From Octopus sinensis (Eukaryota): DNA of 64,000 nucleotides. The number at the start of each line of letters is the position of its first letter. The stretch's first letter is position 1. The DNA lies in assembly GCF_006345805.1 (NCBI RefSeq), contig NC_043014.1, positions 20,646,001 to 20,710,000 of the forward strand, given 5' to 3'. Positions 25,866-38,329 of this stretch are shown here, piece after piece. A program made the position numbers and the translations under genes. The notes beneath the pieces are model-generated. The model worked only from the letters and a program-made list of their open reading frames with translations, did no database searches and was not told the DNA's origin.

Positions 25866-25903
25866 TCTTTCTGTTGAAGAGCGTAGGTTCGAAACGTAAA
25901 AGA
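25866..25903 (+). ncRNA. Minimal type I hammerhead-like motif (CUGUUGA core) in a ~220 bp element (25778-26001)
   Basis: UCUUU-CUGUUGA-A-GAGC(GUAG)GUUC-GAAAC-GUA-AAAGA; 5-bp stem I, palindromic ACGU stem III. Confidence 0.6.
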
Positions 25904-25999
25904 CTTTTTCAATTTCTATTCCTGAGCGCTATACTAATACATTTGTTTGTTTGTACTCCACCTGCCTTCGTCTTTTGTTTATTTTCGTAAACTTTCCCG

Positions 26000-26030
<31 letters not shown>

Positions 26031-27359
26031 CATACATACATACATACATACATACATACATACATACATACATACATACCCTGTTGATGTTGAAATTACA
26101 ATGAAGGATCCTTGAATCTAGGTTAGAAACAGTATCTTTCTCTATTGGTAAGTATCTTGAAATAAAGCTGAACAATGACATACAGACAGACAAACAGACA
26201 GACAAACAGACAGACAGACAGGCAGGCAGACAGGCAGGCAGACAGTCAGGCAGACAGACATATATACATACATAAGATCAGCTGCCCTGCATATGCGAAT
26301 GAACAATGAAAAGTCCAGGATAGGAGAATATTTATGGCGAATTAATGCGGAATTTATAGTCCTTGTCCCCTGACTATGAATTCTTATTTGTACTTATCAT
26401 CATAGATGCATTAGATTATATACCAAAAAATTTATGCAAAAACTTAGAAGTGCTCGGTTTCACGGAGAAAGAACACGAGAAACATATGCACGCATGCGTG
26501 TATATACGTACTTCCGTCGACGAGATCTAAGAAGCAAAAATACCAACATACGTGTATGTATGTATGTATGTATGTATGTATGTATGTATGTATGTATGTA
26601 TGTATCTATATCTATGCATGTGTGTATGCATGTATGCATGCATGTATCAGCGTATCAAATGTAAAGTTGTGTGGATTATTTGTTAATGTTTTGTACTCTT
26701 GATCGTAAGATTGTGGTTTCGATTCGTGGACCGGGCGATGCGGTACGTTCTTACTCCAGTCCACTCAGCTAACAAAAATACGTAATCCTGCGACGGACTG
26801 GCGTAAATGAGCCATAGAAACCGTATGAAGCTATGCTTCGGGAAGGACCCATGCTTCTTTCTATTTTTTTTTGTATTTATATTAAATATTATGCAATATA
26901 AATTATCTCTGCGTATAGTGTATTTGTCATAATTACCGAATAGTAACTAAGACGGGCGTTATATGTGAAGGGGAGATAATCTCAAGGGTCGAGTATTTCT
27001 CAGAAAATGACATGCCATTAAGGAACGGGACAGGTTTATAGTCAGGAAATAGGAAGACAGCCATAGGCACATATTTCTGCCTTAATACGAGTAACCAGCA
27101 CGAGAATCGACCGAACTTTACAGTGGCCAAGGAACTTAGAAAAAGATAAAATATATTCATGGCCTTGGTAATTTGCATAATTTTAGTCAAACAAAAACTG
27201 ATTATAAGAAAGTATGAATGAAAAACAATATCCTTTTCAGATATGTGCATGGATTAGTATCCTTATGTTCAATTTTTATAAAAATTACTAACGAAGGTCG
27301 AGGATTCTTACTCAGTCATGTTTTTACTCACTGATATGACAATACCTGATTCATATATT

Positions 27360-27541
27360 GATTTCAAGTTTTGGCACAAGGCCAGTAATTTCGGGGGAGA
27401 GAGTAAGTCGATTACATCAACCCCAGTACCCAAATAGTACTTATTTTTCGACTCCCGAAGGATGAAAGGCAAAGTCGTCCTCGGCGGAATTTGAACTCAA
27501 AACGTAAACACGGATGAAATGCCGCTAAGCATTTTGCCTGT
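27360..27541 (-). mobile_element. SINE family 2 copy
   Basis: GGATGAAAGGCAAAGTCG.CCTCGGCGGAATTTGAACTC..AAATGCCGCTAAGCATT. Confidence 0.8.
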
Positions 27542-28255
27542 CTCTGTGAACCTGAAAAAAAAATAAAGTGCAATGGGAAGAGCTTTGCCCTTCCCACCCT
27601 AACAAAAATGATAAAGCATGATCTCAGGCTTTGTGTGAATGTTTTTGAATAGTTAGGTGACCGTGTCGTCTGTAATTGTATGAGTTAGTGTAATGTGTCT
27701 CAATGTCTGTTCTCCTGTGTGTAAGAGTTTGATTTTGCATGTGTTTTATACAATGATCGAGTGTGCATGGTTAGTGTATGTGCATGCAATGTAGTGTGTC
27801 TGTATGTTAGTGTCTTTTCCGTGTTAGTAAGTAACCGTGTAAAGTTTTTCTACCTAAGTGACAGCTTTGTTTTCTGCATAAGTGACGTTTAGTGTGTGTT
27901 TGTGTGTCGAAGTGTACACGTATACATATGTATATATGTTCGCATATGTATGAGTATATGATTGTGAGGGATGCTTGAATAATGTGTATAACATATGCAA
28001 ATGTAAATAAGTACAGTATGCATGCTATGCAGGTTGAAGTTTGCAATTTTATGAGCATGTACAAGTGTTTGCGCACCTGACGACGTGTTTGGCTACACTC
28101 ATAAAACCAATTTGGCATCATACATCCGATATATTGTATAGACACGCAAGCGCGCGCCCACGCATGTATATATATTGTCGCTTTCTATCAGTCTCCATTT
28201 GGATTCTTTCTATCTGGGTTTTTATGTTCAGAGTGTACAGTGTATATATATATAT

Positions 28256-28330
<75 letters not shown>

Positions 28331-28344
28331 CAGATGTATATGTA

Positions 28345-28796
28345 TATTGCTTGGTGAGGAGGGTGTTTATTGGACACCCTGCGGGATGAAAAAAAAAACG
28401 TCAAAGGGCGGAGGAACTCTTGAGAGTCAACGGCTATCCAATAAATGTCTTAGGGCTGTATCATGCGCGGGGACAGAAATAATCGGACTGAATACCCGAT
28501 CGCGCGGTTAAACCATTGGGAGTGGACTCCTAGCCTTTGTTAGGGCATCCTTCTAGGAGAAGGTAACTCAGGTAACTGGGACAACTCCGACATAAAACCT
28601 ACGGCTCAGTGGTTACCGATGATGTTGACTTGTTCTTCTTTTTGGATTATGGCTGTTGTTGCTTAGTGAGTGAGATTGACTCAGTGCACAGCTTTCCTCA
28701 CTTAAAAAAAATCTTCTTGCACAGGCATTACACGATAACAACATTGATTAAACTTCGTGCGATGGCCATACTCGATAACGAGGAGGCAGCCACCAT
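28345..28796 (+). mobile_element. Non-autonomous RTE-related element (5' UTR-like part + RTE-like 3' end)
   Basis: TAGGGCATCCTTCTAGGAGAAGGTAACTC motif; 3' end GATGGCCATACTC..GAGGAGGCAGCCACCAT resembles the RTE end at 29913-29948; microsatellite tail. Confidence 0.5.
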
Positions 28797-29034
28797 GTAT
28801 GTATGTATGTATGTATGTATGTATATATATATATATATATAAATGTTTCCTCAAATGAAATTGCCCTTCAGTTTTGAAGTTCCGGCCAAGTTATAAGATG
28901 ATACACAAGCACTCACCTATGAGTGCATTGCATCTTATAGCAGAAACAACTGTAAGCTATTGAAGTTCATGACTTAATTTCTTGTTCCCTTGTCATGTAT
29001 AAATATGGGCGGATAGAGGTATTTCCCTGCAAAC

Positions 29035-29948
29035 AAAAATCAGTGTCTATAAAACGTGTGTAAACGTGTGTATTGACGGCACTTCTTTATTCGAGCGAGA
29101 CGTGGACCTCTTACAGGCGTCATATGAAAATGCTGGAGAGATTTCATGAAAAGTGCCTCAGAACGTATCTTGAGAGTCAAGTGGGAATGCTTCATACCAG
29201 ATACAGAAGTTTTGCGCATGGCCCGTTGTAGCTCAACTGAACATGTTATCTTGGCTCAAATGAGATGCGCTGAACATGTTATTAGAATGAAAGATAAGCG
29301 ATTGCCTAAGCGTCATTTTATGGTGACCTCAACATAAGCCGAGGAACAGGTATAAAGACTGTATGAAAGAAAACCTAAAGAAACTAGATATAAACAAAAT
29401 GAATGGGAAATTGATGTTCTGGATCGGAACACGTGGAAAGGTGCAGTTAGGATTGCTTGTAACACCTGGCAGGAAAAGATGATTCAGCACTCTTAGCTTA
29501 AAAGGGCCTGTCGCTAAGGAACCATCTGGAACTGCAATCATCAATGAACATTGGATATATATTACGTGTGATCGTGTTCTGTTGTCAAAAGCAGTATACG
29601 TGAATCATATGAAGTCACATGAAAATCGTAATGCCTAGGTATGTAATAATCTTGAACCCCCTCTACCTCATACGACTTGTGTCATATGTCACAAAAGTTG
29701 TATGACAATATCTGAACTTAAAAGACATATGCTAGTTCACACAAACATTCCTTCAGAATCAGATTTCAAAGAGCAAATATGTAGAAGAAACTTGAACATC
29801 TGTCACTTGTATTTTAAACCCTATCAGTCAGCAGCTGATCTTAAAAGCCATCTGAGGGCTTTTCAACGGAGTGACTATGCTGTGTGATGGGTTGTGGTGT
29901 GTGTGTTGATGGGATGGCTACCATCTCTCAAGATGAAGCAATCATCAT
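29035..29948 (+). mobile_element. RTE/BovB-like LINE 3' fragment with three C2H2 fingers
   Basis: LLYSSETWTSYRRH, RILRVKW..IPDTEVL, HVIRMKDKRLPK; three in-frame C-x2-C-x12-H-x3-H-like units (two partly mutated); (TACA)n tail. Confidence 0.85.
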
Positions 29949-30074
29949 ATATACAACATACATACATGCATACATGCATACATACATGCATACATACATA
30001 CATACATACATACATTCATACATACATACATACATACATACATACATACATACATACATACATACATACATAGC

Positions 30075-32340
30075 CAATAATCTAGTAGCACTGCGTCGGC
30101 AACACTTGAAAAGAATATAGAAAAAAGTGAAAGGGGTACAGTGAACTTGCCGTGAGGGGTGGAATATCCAACGTTTCGGATTCAATCCTTCGTCAGTGGG
30201 TAGAGAAAAAGAGAAGAGAGTCAAAGTTTACATCCTCTCAGCTTCAAAAACTGGCTGCAACTGATAATGGACGCAGAATAACACGGGCTGCTAACGTGAA
30301 ACAGAAGCTATAGGAGAGGTCATGCAGAAAGGAGAAAAAGAGTGATGCAGAGAATAGAGGTAAGTAAATACGAGAATGTTGCAGAGAGAGGGTGGAAGGA
30401 AGATTAAAAAGGGTAAAAAAAGAACTAAGAGGGGGTGAAAGGATGAAAGGAAAAACGTTCATTTATACCTGTCGGAGACATAACGCCAAGATCAAGTATG
30501 AGACGTTGTTCCTTTCGTTTCTTAGAGAAGCGAGGTCTGTGGTGCAAGGCCATGCCGCACATTGATAAAGCTGCAACAGAATGATTCACAGGGTTGAAGT
30601 GGGTGGCAACAGGTTGGCCTGGCATACATAGCGTTATGCCTCTGATGTGTTCGTGAAAGCGATCTTCAAGGCGTCGCCCTGTTCTCCAATGTAAAGAGCA
30701 CCGCAGACTTTGCATATGATGCAATATATGAGATTCGCCGAAGTGCAACAGAAGTTATGTTATGTGATATTGCCTCTTGGGCGCTGTGACGGTGGTAATA
30801 TTGTAGGGGCTGTATCATGTATTGTAGGGGCATGTGTTACATCGTCGGCGAGAACATTTAAAGTTTCCTGATTGTGCAGAGTTGGGAGCTGTGAAGCTTC
30901 TAACAGGGAGATTTCTAAGACTCCTATCGTTTTCAAAAGACGAGAGAGGTGGTGTGGGAAACATAGGGGCGGTTTGGGGATCAAAAAGAAGAATGCGAAA
31001 GTTGTGGGTGAGTTTGTATTTTAGAGGTAGGATGGACGGGTGGTAGGTGATAAAGAGTGGAATACGGTCGATGGAAGTGCGTGAAGATGGTAGAAGAGCA
31101 GTGGTGTGGTTGATGGCTCGGGATTGGTGGAGTGCCGGGTCGACAACTTATGGAGAATACGCTCGATTTAGAAACAAACTGTCGTATCGTTTTGCAATGG
31201 GATTCGAAATCCGAATGGATGCTGCAAAGTCATCGAAGGCAAAGAAATTGAGAGAAAAGTATGGCAGATTTAATGTTTTTGGAGTGAGAGGAAAAGTAGT
31301 GAAGGTAGGAGTGGGAGTCAGTAGGATTATTGTAGACAGTGGTGAAGAGGTGGGTAATGTGTATTTTGACGAAGATGTCCAGAAAGCAAACAGAAGTATC
31401 AGATATGGTGTGAGTGAATTCCAAGGCTGGGTGAAAGGTGTTTACGAAGGAAATAAAATCGTTGAGCTGTTGTCTGTTAAAGCTTGTGGCGCCAATGCAG
31501 TCGTCAATGTAACGACCATAAAGCTCTGGGATGGGTCCAGAGAAGTGAACAAAGATTTGCTCCTCTACATAACCTACAAAGAGGTTGGCATAATTGGGGT
31601 CTATCCTGGTGCCCATAGCAACACCGCTGAACTGCTTATAGAATTCACCAGAGAAGGAAAAACAATTGAGTGTTAAGACAAGCTCAGCTAGGCGGAGGTG
31701 TGCATTAGTGTTGGGTTCAGGTATAGAACGACGGTCTAAGAGGTGTTTAAGTGCTAGTAGACCATCATTGTGAGGGATGACTGTCTACAAAGATTTAATG
31801 TCCATGCTGAAAAGGAGTTTGGAATACCAGGTGGAAAAGCGAATGCGTTAAAGAGGTATAGTACATAGTTAGTGTCTTTGATATGCGAAAGTAGAGCAAC
31901 GACGAGAGGGGATAAAAGTTTGTCTGTGGGGCAATTGCAAGCAGAAACAATAGGGCGGCCGTGATTATTTGTATTTTAGGGATGAAATAGATAGTGGAAG
32001 TTCGGGGTGTGGTGACATTGAAGTTGGCGGCAGTGAACCAGAAGAGATCAGCTGATGTACAGTGTCGAAACATTCCTCTGGTAATGGTTGGTGAGATCAC
32101 TTGATATCTTCATGTAGTATCTGGGGTCGTTGAGCTGGCGGAGTGCTAACGGTGCTCCCTTTGTCGGCTGGCTTGAAAACAATGTCCTTACGTTGGCGGA
32201 GCTTCCGGAGAGTGTCCTGTTCCAATAGGGGAAGGTTTGAAATCCTTGGTTTTCTATCGAAATTGAAGATACGGAGGTCGAAACGGCATTTATTAATAAA
32301 TAAATCTACCGAACGGTGTAATCCTAGGATTTGTGTCCAG
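30075..32340 (-). mobile_element. Penelope-like element (RT + GIY-YIG), decayed, ~2.2 kb
   Basis: VFKPADKGS, IYFIPKI, GVAMGTRIDPNYANLF, YGRYIDDCIG, FLD, TGRRLEDRFHEH; HHR motif in the 3' region. Confidence 0.9.
30166..30200 (-). ncRNA. PLE-associated minimal hammerhead motif (probably degenerate)
   Basis: CCCA-CUGACGA-A-GGA(UUGAA)UCC-GAAACGU-UGGA; appears to lack one base at the cleavage triplet/stem I junction. Confidence 0.6.
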
Positions 32341-32360
32341 TTGGAAAAAACGTTTTTTTA

Positions 32361-32364
<4 letters not shown>

Positions 32365-32403
<39 letters not shown>

Positions 32404-33035
32404 TACATATACACATGTATGTGTGTGCGCATGTTTGTGTATGGAGACTGGGAGAGGGGAGAGTAGTATACATGAGCGAACGTGGCTCTTCCACAAACAA
32501 CCTTGCCAAGACTTGTGTCTCGGAAGGAAACTTTCTAGGTGCAATCCCATGGTCATTCGTGACCGAAGGGCAGATTTCTGTTTTTATAGACCGGCTCTCT
32601 CCAATATCTTTCTCTAATCAAAGAGTTACTTAAGCTAATATCTACACACTATTATTCATAACTTTATCTACTTCGAGATCCGCCGTTTGTAAAAACAAAG
32701 AATTCTTTCATACGTATGTGTGCATGCAAGTGTGTGCACGTATAATCTTTAATCAGCAGTATGTAACAAAAGTTACACAAATACCGACTGTTTAGTGTGT
32801 AGCATTTATCAAACTGACTTAAGAAAAACAAGAGTATATTTAATATTCGAATGAAAATTACTATTGGAGCCTCATGTAGTAATAATCAGTTAATGTCAAA
32901 ATTTGCCCTTTACACAAAGTGGGAGGTTTGAGAGACAATAGATATCATAAAGACTTCGATAAAGATATGTGCGTATATGGAATATTGATGTACATAGTCA
33001 TACGTCTTAAGTAAATGTATACACATGCATTTAAC

Positions 33036-33072
<37 letters not shown>

Positions 33073-33714
33073 ATATATACATATATACATATACACATGT
33101 ATGTGTGTGCGCATGTTTGTGTATGGAGACTGGGAGAGGGGAGAGTAGTATACATGAGCGAACGTGGCTCTTCCACAAACAACCTTGCCAAGACTTGTGT
33201 CTCGGAAGGAAACTTTCTAGGTGCAATCCCATGGTCATTCGTGACCGAAGGGCAGATTTCTGTTTTTATAGACCGGCTCTCTCCAATATCTTTCTCTAAT
33301 CAAAGAGTTACTTAAGCTAATATCTACACACTATTATTCATAACTTTATCTACTTCGAGATCCGCCGTTTGTAAAAACAAAGAATTCTTTCATACGTATG
33401 TGTGCATGCAAGTGTGTGCACGTATAATCTTTAATCAGCAGTATGTAACAAAAGTTACACAAATACCGACTGTTTAGTGTGTAGCATTTATCAAACTGAC
33501 TTAAGAAAAACAAGAGTATATTTAATATTCGAATGAAAATTACTATTGGAGCCTCATGTAGTAATAATCAGTTAATGTCAAAATTTGCCCTTTACACAAA
33601 GTGGGAGGTTTGAGAGACAATAGATATCATAAAGACTTCGATAAAGATATGTGCGTATATGGAATATTGATGTACATAGTCATACGTCTTAAGTAAATGT
33701 ATACACATGCATTT

Positions 33715-33760
<46 letters not shown>
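32365..33760. repeat. Tandem duplication of a ~680 bp unit bounded by (TA)n
   Basis: 32397-33040 and 33077-33722 appear identical. Confidence 0.95.
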
Positions 33761-33763
<3 letters not shown>

Positions 33764-33834
33764 AGAGAGAGAGAGAGAGAGGAGAAATAAGATAGGGATA
33801 CATACATATGTGAGTGTGCATATATTTTTTTTTT

Positions 33835-34050
33835 TTCTGTACTTGTTTCAGTCATTTAACTGCGGTCATGCTGGAGCACCGCCTTTTAGAGTGGTGAAAG
33901 AGTACAGCAGGGATCACCACCTCCTGCCGGAGCCTCGTGGAGCTTTTAGGTGTTTTCGCTCAATAAACACACACAACGCCCGGTCTGGGAATCGAAACCG
34001 CGATCCTCCGACCGCAAGTCCGCTGCCCTAACCACTAGGCCATTGCGCCT
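33835..34050 (-). mobile_element. Chimeric SINE: family 3 head joined to family 1 tail
   Basis: 33887-34050 matches 22545-22708; 33835-33886 matches the family 1 tail. Confidence 0.7.
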
Positions 34051-34550
34051 ATATATGTATATATATATATATACACGTATTTATGAATGTACGCATGATG
34101 TGTGCGTATATGTAAGTACATATGTATTGTGTGTGAGAGAGAGAGAGGGGGGAATGTGAATGAGTGTGTATGTGTGTGAAAGCAAGTGAGTGAGGTGTTG
34201 ATTGCTGAGAAATATCTCATAAAATAATTTAAATAACGAAACTGGTATCGTTTTTCATTTTGTCACCATTCTTCTCAAATAATACATATCCACTTGGGGG
34301 GTAAACAAATATAGATATATATGTACATATATATCTATATATGTATGTACGTCCGTACGTATGTAAGTATGTATGAATGTATGTATGAATGTATGTATGA
34401 ATGTATGTATACTTGTATGTATATGGTTTGTATTAAAACGCTCCCATATATTTTTCTTTTGACATTTTTTCTATAATTTGTCTATTACCCCAATATCTTC
34501 ATTTACATTCCACATAAATTCATACATTAAAATATGTATATAGATACACA

Positions 34551-35300
34551 CTAGCTGAGTATCCCGTTGTTGCCGGATAATATTCATAACAGAATGCCAT
34601 TTGTTTTTGTTTGGTTTTTTTTTTCTTTTGTTTGCTTTTGTTTTGTTTTGCACTATGCACTTAAAAACAATGGGAGACGCCTTTTCGGTAAAAGAAATTT
34701 TTGAAAATTTATGAATTTTTGAAACTCTGTCCCCAACTCACTACTGATTTTGGCAAATGTTTTCTTTTCTTCTTTCTTTCTTTTTGTTTTTCTTTTTCGT
34801 GCTTAAAAACGATAGGAAAAGCCTTGAATGCTAAGATGAAAAAAGTTTTGGAAATCGGTGATCACCTGTATAATCCTCACTTTCTTCATTTCCAGTAGAA
34901 AATGAAACGTAATTTAAAAGCAAATAGGAAATCTTTTATTATATTTTTGTTAACCCCGCCCCTCCTAAAATTTCTGCTTGTTTTCGAATTTTTCTAATCC
35001 TAGTTTTAACATACAGAGAGTCTGAATCTGCAATTTGTTTCTGTTTATATTTTCAAAATATTTTTCAGAAGTGGGTGATTTAAGGAAGATTTAGCGGTTG
35101 TTTCTAGCACATCCTACGACCATGTGATACGTTTCTCGTTTCTATGTCACTGTGACATGTATTGATGTTTTTCACCCCATAAACGCATTATATGGAATGA
35201 TGATGCGGTGGTCTATTCCTGGAATTTAATCAAGAAAAATATTTGTAATATAAATTGTAAACCCCCAACTGGCAACAACCGAGTCTGCGCGCGCGTGTCT
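34551..35300 (-). mobile_element. Possible decayed Helitron
   Basis: A|CTAGCTGAGTATCCCGTTGTTGCCGG resembles the Helitron 3' ends elsewhere; other boundary uncertain. Confidence 0.35.
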
Positions 35301-35344
35301 GTGTGTGTGTGTTTCTAATAGAAAATTATTAAAATAAATTATTT

Positions 35345-35577
35345 TTTACTCTTTTTTACTTGTTTCACTCATTTGACTGCGGTCATGCTGGAGCACCGCC
35401 TTTAGTCGAGCAAATCGACCCCAAGACTTATTCTTTGGAAGCCTAGTACTTATTCTATCGGACTGTTTTGCCGAACCGCTAAGTTATGGGGACGTAAACA
35501 TACCACCGTCGGTTGTCAAGTGATGCTGGAGGACAAACACAGACACAAAAACATATACACACACACACATACATACA

Positions 35578-35666
<89 letters not shown>

Positions 35667-36281
35667 CGCAGGAGTGGCTGTGTGGTAAGTAGCTTGTTTA
35701 CCAATCACATGGTTCCGGGTTCAGTCCCACTGCGTGGCACCTTGGGCAAATGTATTCTACTATAGCCTCGGGCCGACCAGAGCCTTGTGAGTGGATTTGG
35801 TAGACGGAAACTGAAAGAAGCCCGTCGTATATATATATATATATATATGTATGCGTATGTGTGTTTGTGTGTCTGTGTTTGTCCCCCTAGCATTGCTTGA
35901 CAACCGATGCTGGTGTGTTTATGTCCCCGTCACTTAGCGGTTCGGCAAAAGAGACCGATAGAATAAGTACTGGGCTTACAAAAGAATAAGTCCCGGGGTC
36001 GAGTTGCTCGATTAAAGGCGGTGCTCCAGCATGGCCGCAGTCAAATGAGTGAAACAAGTAAATGAGTAAATGAGTAAATGAGCATATATATATATATACA
36101 TATATATATACATATACGACGTGCTTCTTTCAGTTTCCGTCTACCAGATCTACTCACAAGGCTTTGATCGGCCCGAGTCTATAGTAGAAGGCACTTGCCC
36201 AAGGTGCCAGGCAGTGGGAATGAACCCGGAACCATGTGGTTAGTAAGCAAGCTACTTACCACACAGCCACTCCGACGCCTA
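35345..36281. mobile_element. SINE family 1 (+, 35664-36081) nested inside a minus-strand family 1 copy
   Basis: Minus copy split into 3' half (35345-35550) and 5' half (36113-36281) at its internal microsatellite. Confidence 0.9.
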
Positions 36282-36793
36282 TTTTACATACCTTATATAA
36301 ATAACTCAACCGCCCTAATGAAATTCCTAACACACAAGGATGCACACACACATGGACACACTGACAAACACACACACTCAGCGTGAGTGATAAATTTTTG
36401 TAGACAGTAAGAGAGGGTGTGGTTAAAATATGTAGGGAGAATTAAAGTTCACCTTGAGAAAATCGGAAAACTGAAAATCATAAACAAACAGAGAGAGATC
36501 TTTTCTGTTGTTATCACAGACTTTGAAATTTTAAAACCATTTGAAAATTTTCAAATTTAGTACATTGAATTACTTTTCACGCTGAATCCGAGTATGTGAT
36601 GCATCTATTCCGGAAAATTTAATTTTACAGAGGTTTAAAGCTTAGCCCAATCAGAAAACAGGATTTGCGCAAAATAGCTGTCATAAAATGAAAGTAAACA
36701 TTCCAGGATGTGGTTTCAAAGTAGAGGAAAGCAATGCGTGAGAGTTAAGACATATATACAGGGAGAGAGAGAGAGACAGAGAGACAGAGAGAG

Positions 36794-36859
<66 letters not shown>

Positions 36860-37186
36860 CAAAGGGTGTAGTATATATATACAGACAGAGAAAGATTGGT
36901 AGTGACACATAGAGAGGAGCAAAGTTGCTGATCTAAAAGTTGAGTTATTCCTCGTAGCAAATTGTATTTTTTTTTTTATTTTCAATTACGGATGACATTC
37001 TCTTTGGGACGCAGATTTCGAAAGTGAAATCCGTTTTTCTCGAGGACGAGCCTTTCGGGGCTAAACACATACAAGATACATAGGTTCGCATTATATAGTA
37101 GATATATGTGCAAGTGTTTGTAAGCATCTAAACATATGTGATTTAATATGAATTATATATATACGCATACATATGTAGCTAGCTAA

Positions 37187-37296
<110 letters not shown>

Positions 37297-37540
37297 CGGT
37301 AGATAGAAAAATAATACATAAATATATATGTGTGTGATTGCATGCGTTTGTGTGTTTGTGTCTGTGTGCGTGCGTGTGCGTGTGAGTGTTAGTATATGAG
37401 TTCACATACATACATAATACATACATACATATATGCATACATACAGACATACATATATGCATACTAAAGAACTTCAGTCTATGAATAACTTTGCTATGGC
37501 CTACCATCGCTTTGCCTTACAGTAAACATCAAGGAAACCA

Positions 37541-37593
<53 letters not shown>

Positions 37594-37950
37594 TGCATGC
37601 ATGTACACATATGTGCACTTATATTACCCTATATTACATAGATGCACGCATTTTCTATCCACCAGATCCACTCACAAAGCTTTGATAAGCCTAGAGCTAT
37701 ACCGGGTGACGCTATACAGGTGCCACGCAATTGAACTAAACACAGAACCATGTAGTTAGGAAGCAAACTGTGTGTGTATGTGTGTGTCTATGCGTGTGTG
37801 TGTATATGTCTGTGTATCTCCTTATAAATATATTCTGACGTATACATGAATGTTTTGTGTTAGGGTCCATATTTATATATTTATATGCATGGAAACACAT
37901 TCATGCGTATGTGGATGGATGGATTGATGGATGTAAGGATGTAAAAGTAC

Positions 37951-37985
<35 letters not shown>

Positions 37986-38267
37986 CAGATAGATACATAG
38001 ATAGAGAGAGAGAGAGAGAGAGAGAAAGAGAAAGAGAGAGAGAAAGAGACAGACAGACAGAGATGCTGAAGCAATATTAATCGGTGTAGATTAAGAAATA
38101 TCTTGTTGAATAATTTAGAAAGAGAAAACACGTATCATTTTTCGTTTTCTCATCAACCTTTTCTCATGCATACCCAATTGTATTACTCATACATCATATA
38201 CACGCACACACACAAACACAAACATACACACATATCTACATATAACATACATATATGTATATGTATG

Positions 38268-38301
<34 letters not shown>

Positions 38302-38329
38302 ACACACATACATACATATATATACTTAC

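Noticed and set aside
31047-31676. 209-aa plus-strand ORF
   Set aside because: It is the antisense shadow of the Penelope-like RT.
36390-37090. Motifs such as CGCTGAATCCGA and CGCAGATTTCGAAA suggesting a DNA transposon
   Set aside because: No termini or TSD could be located.
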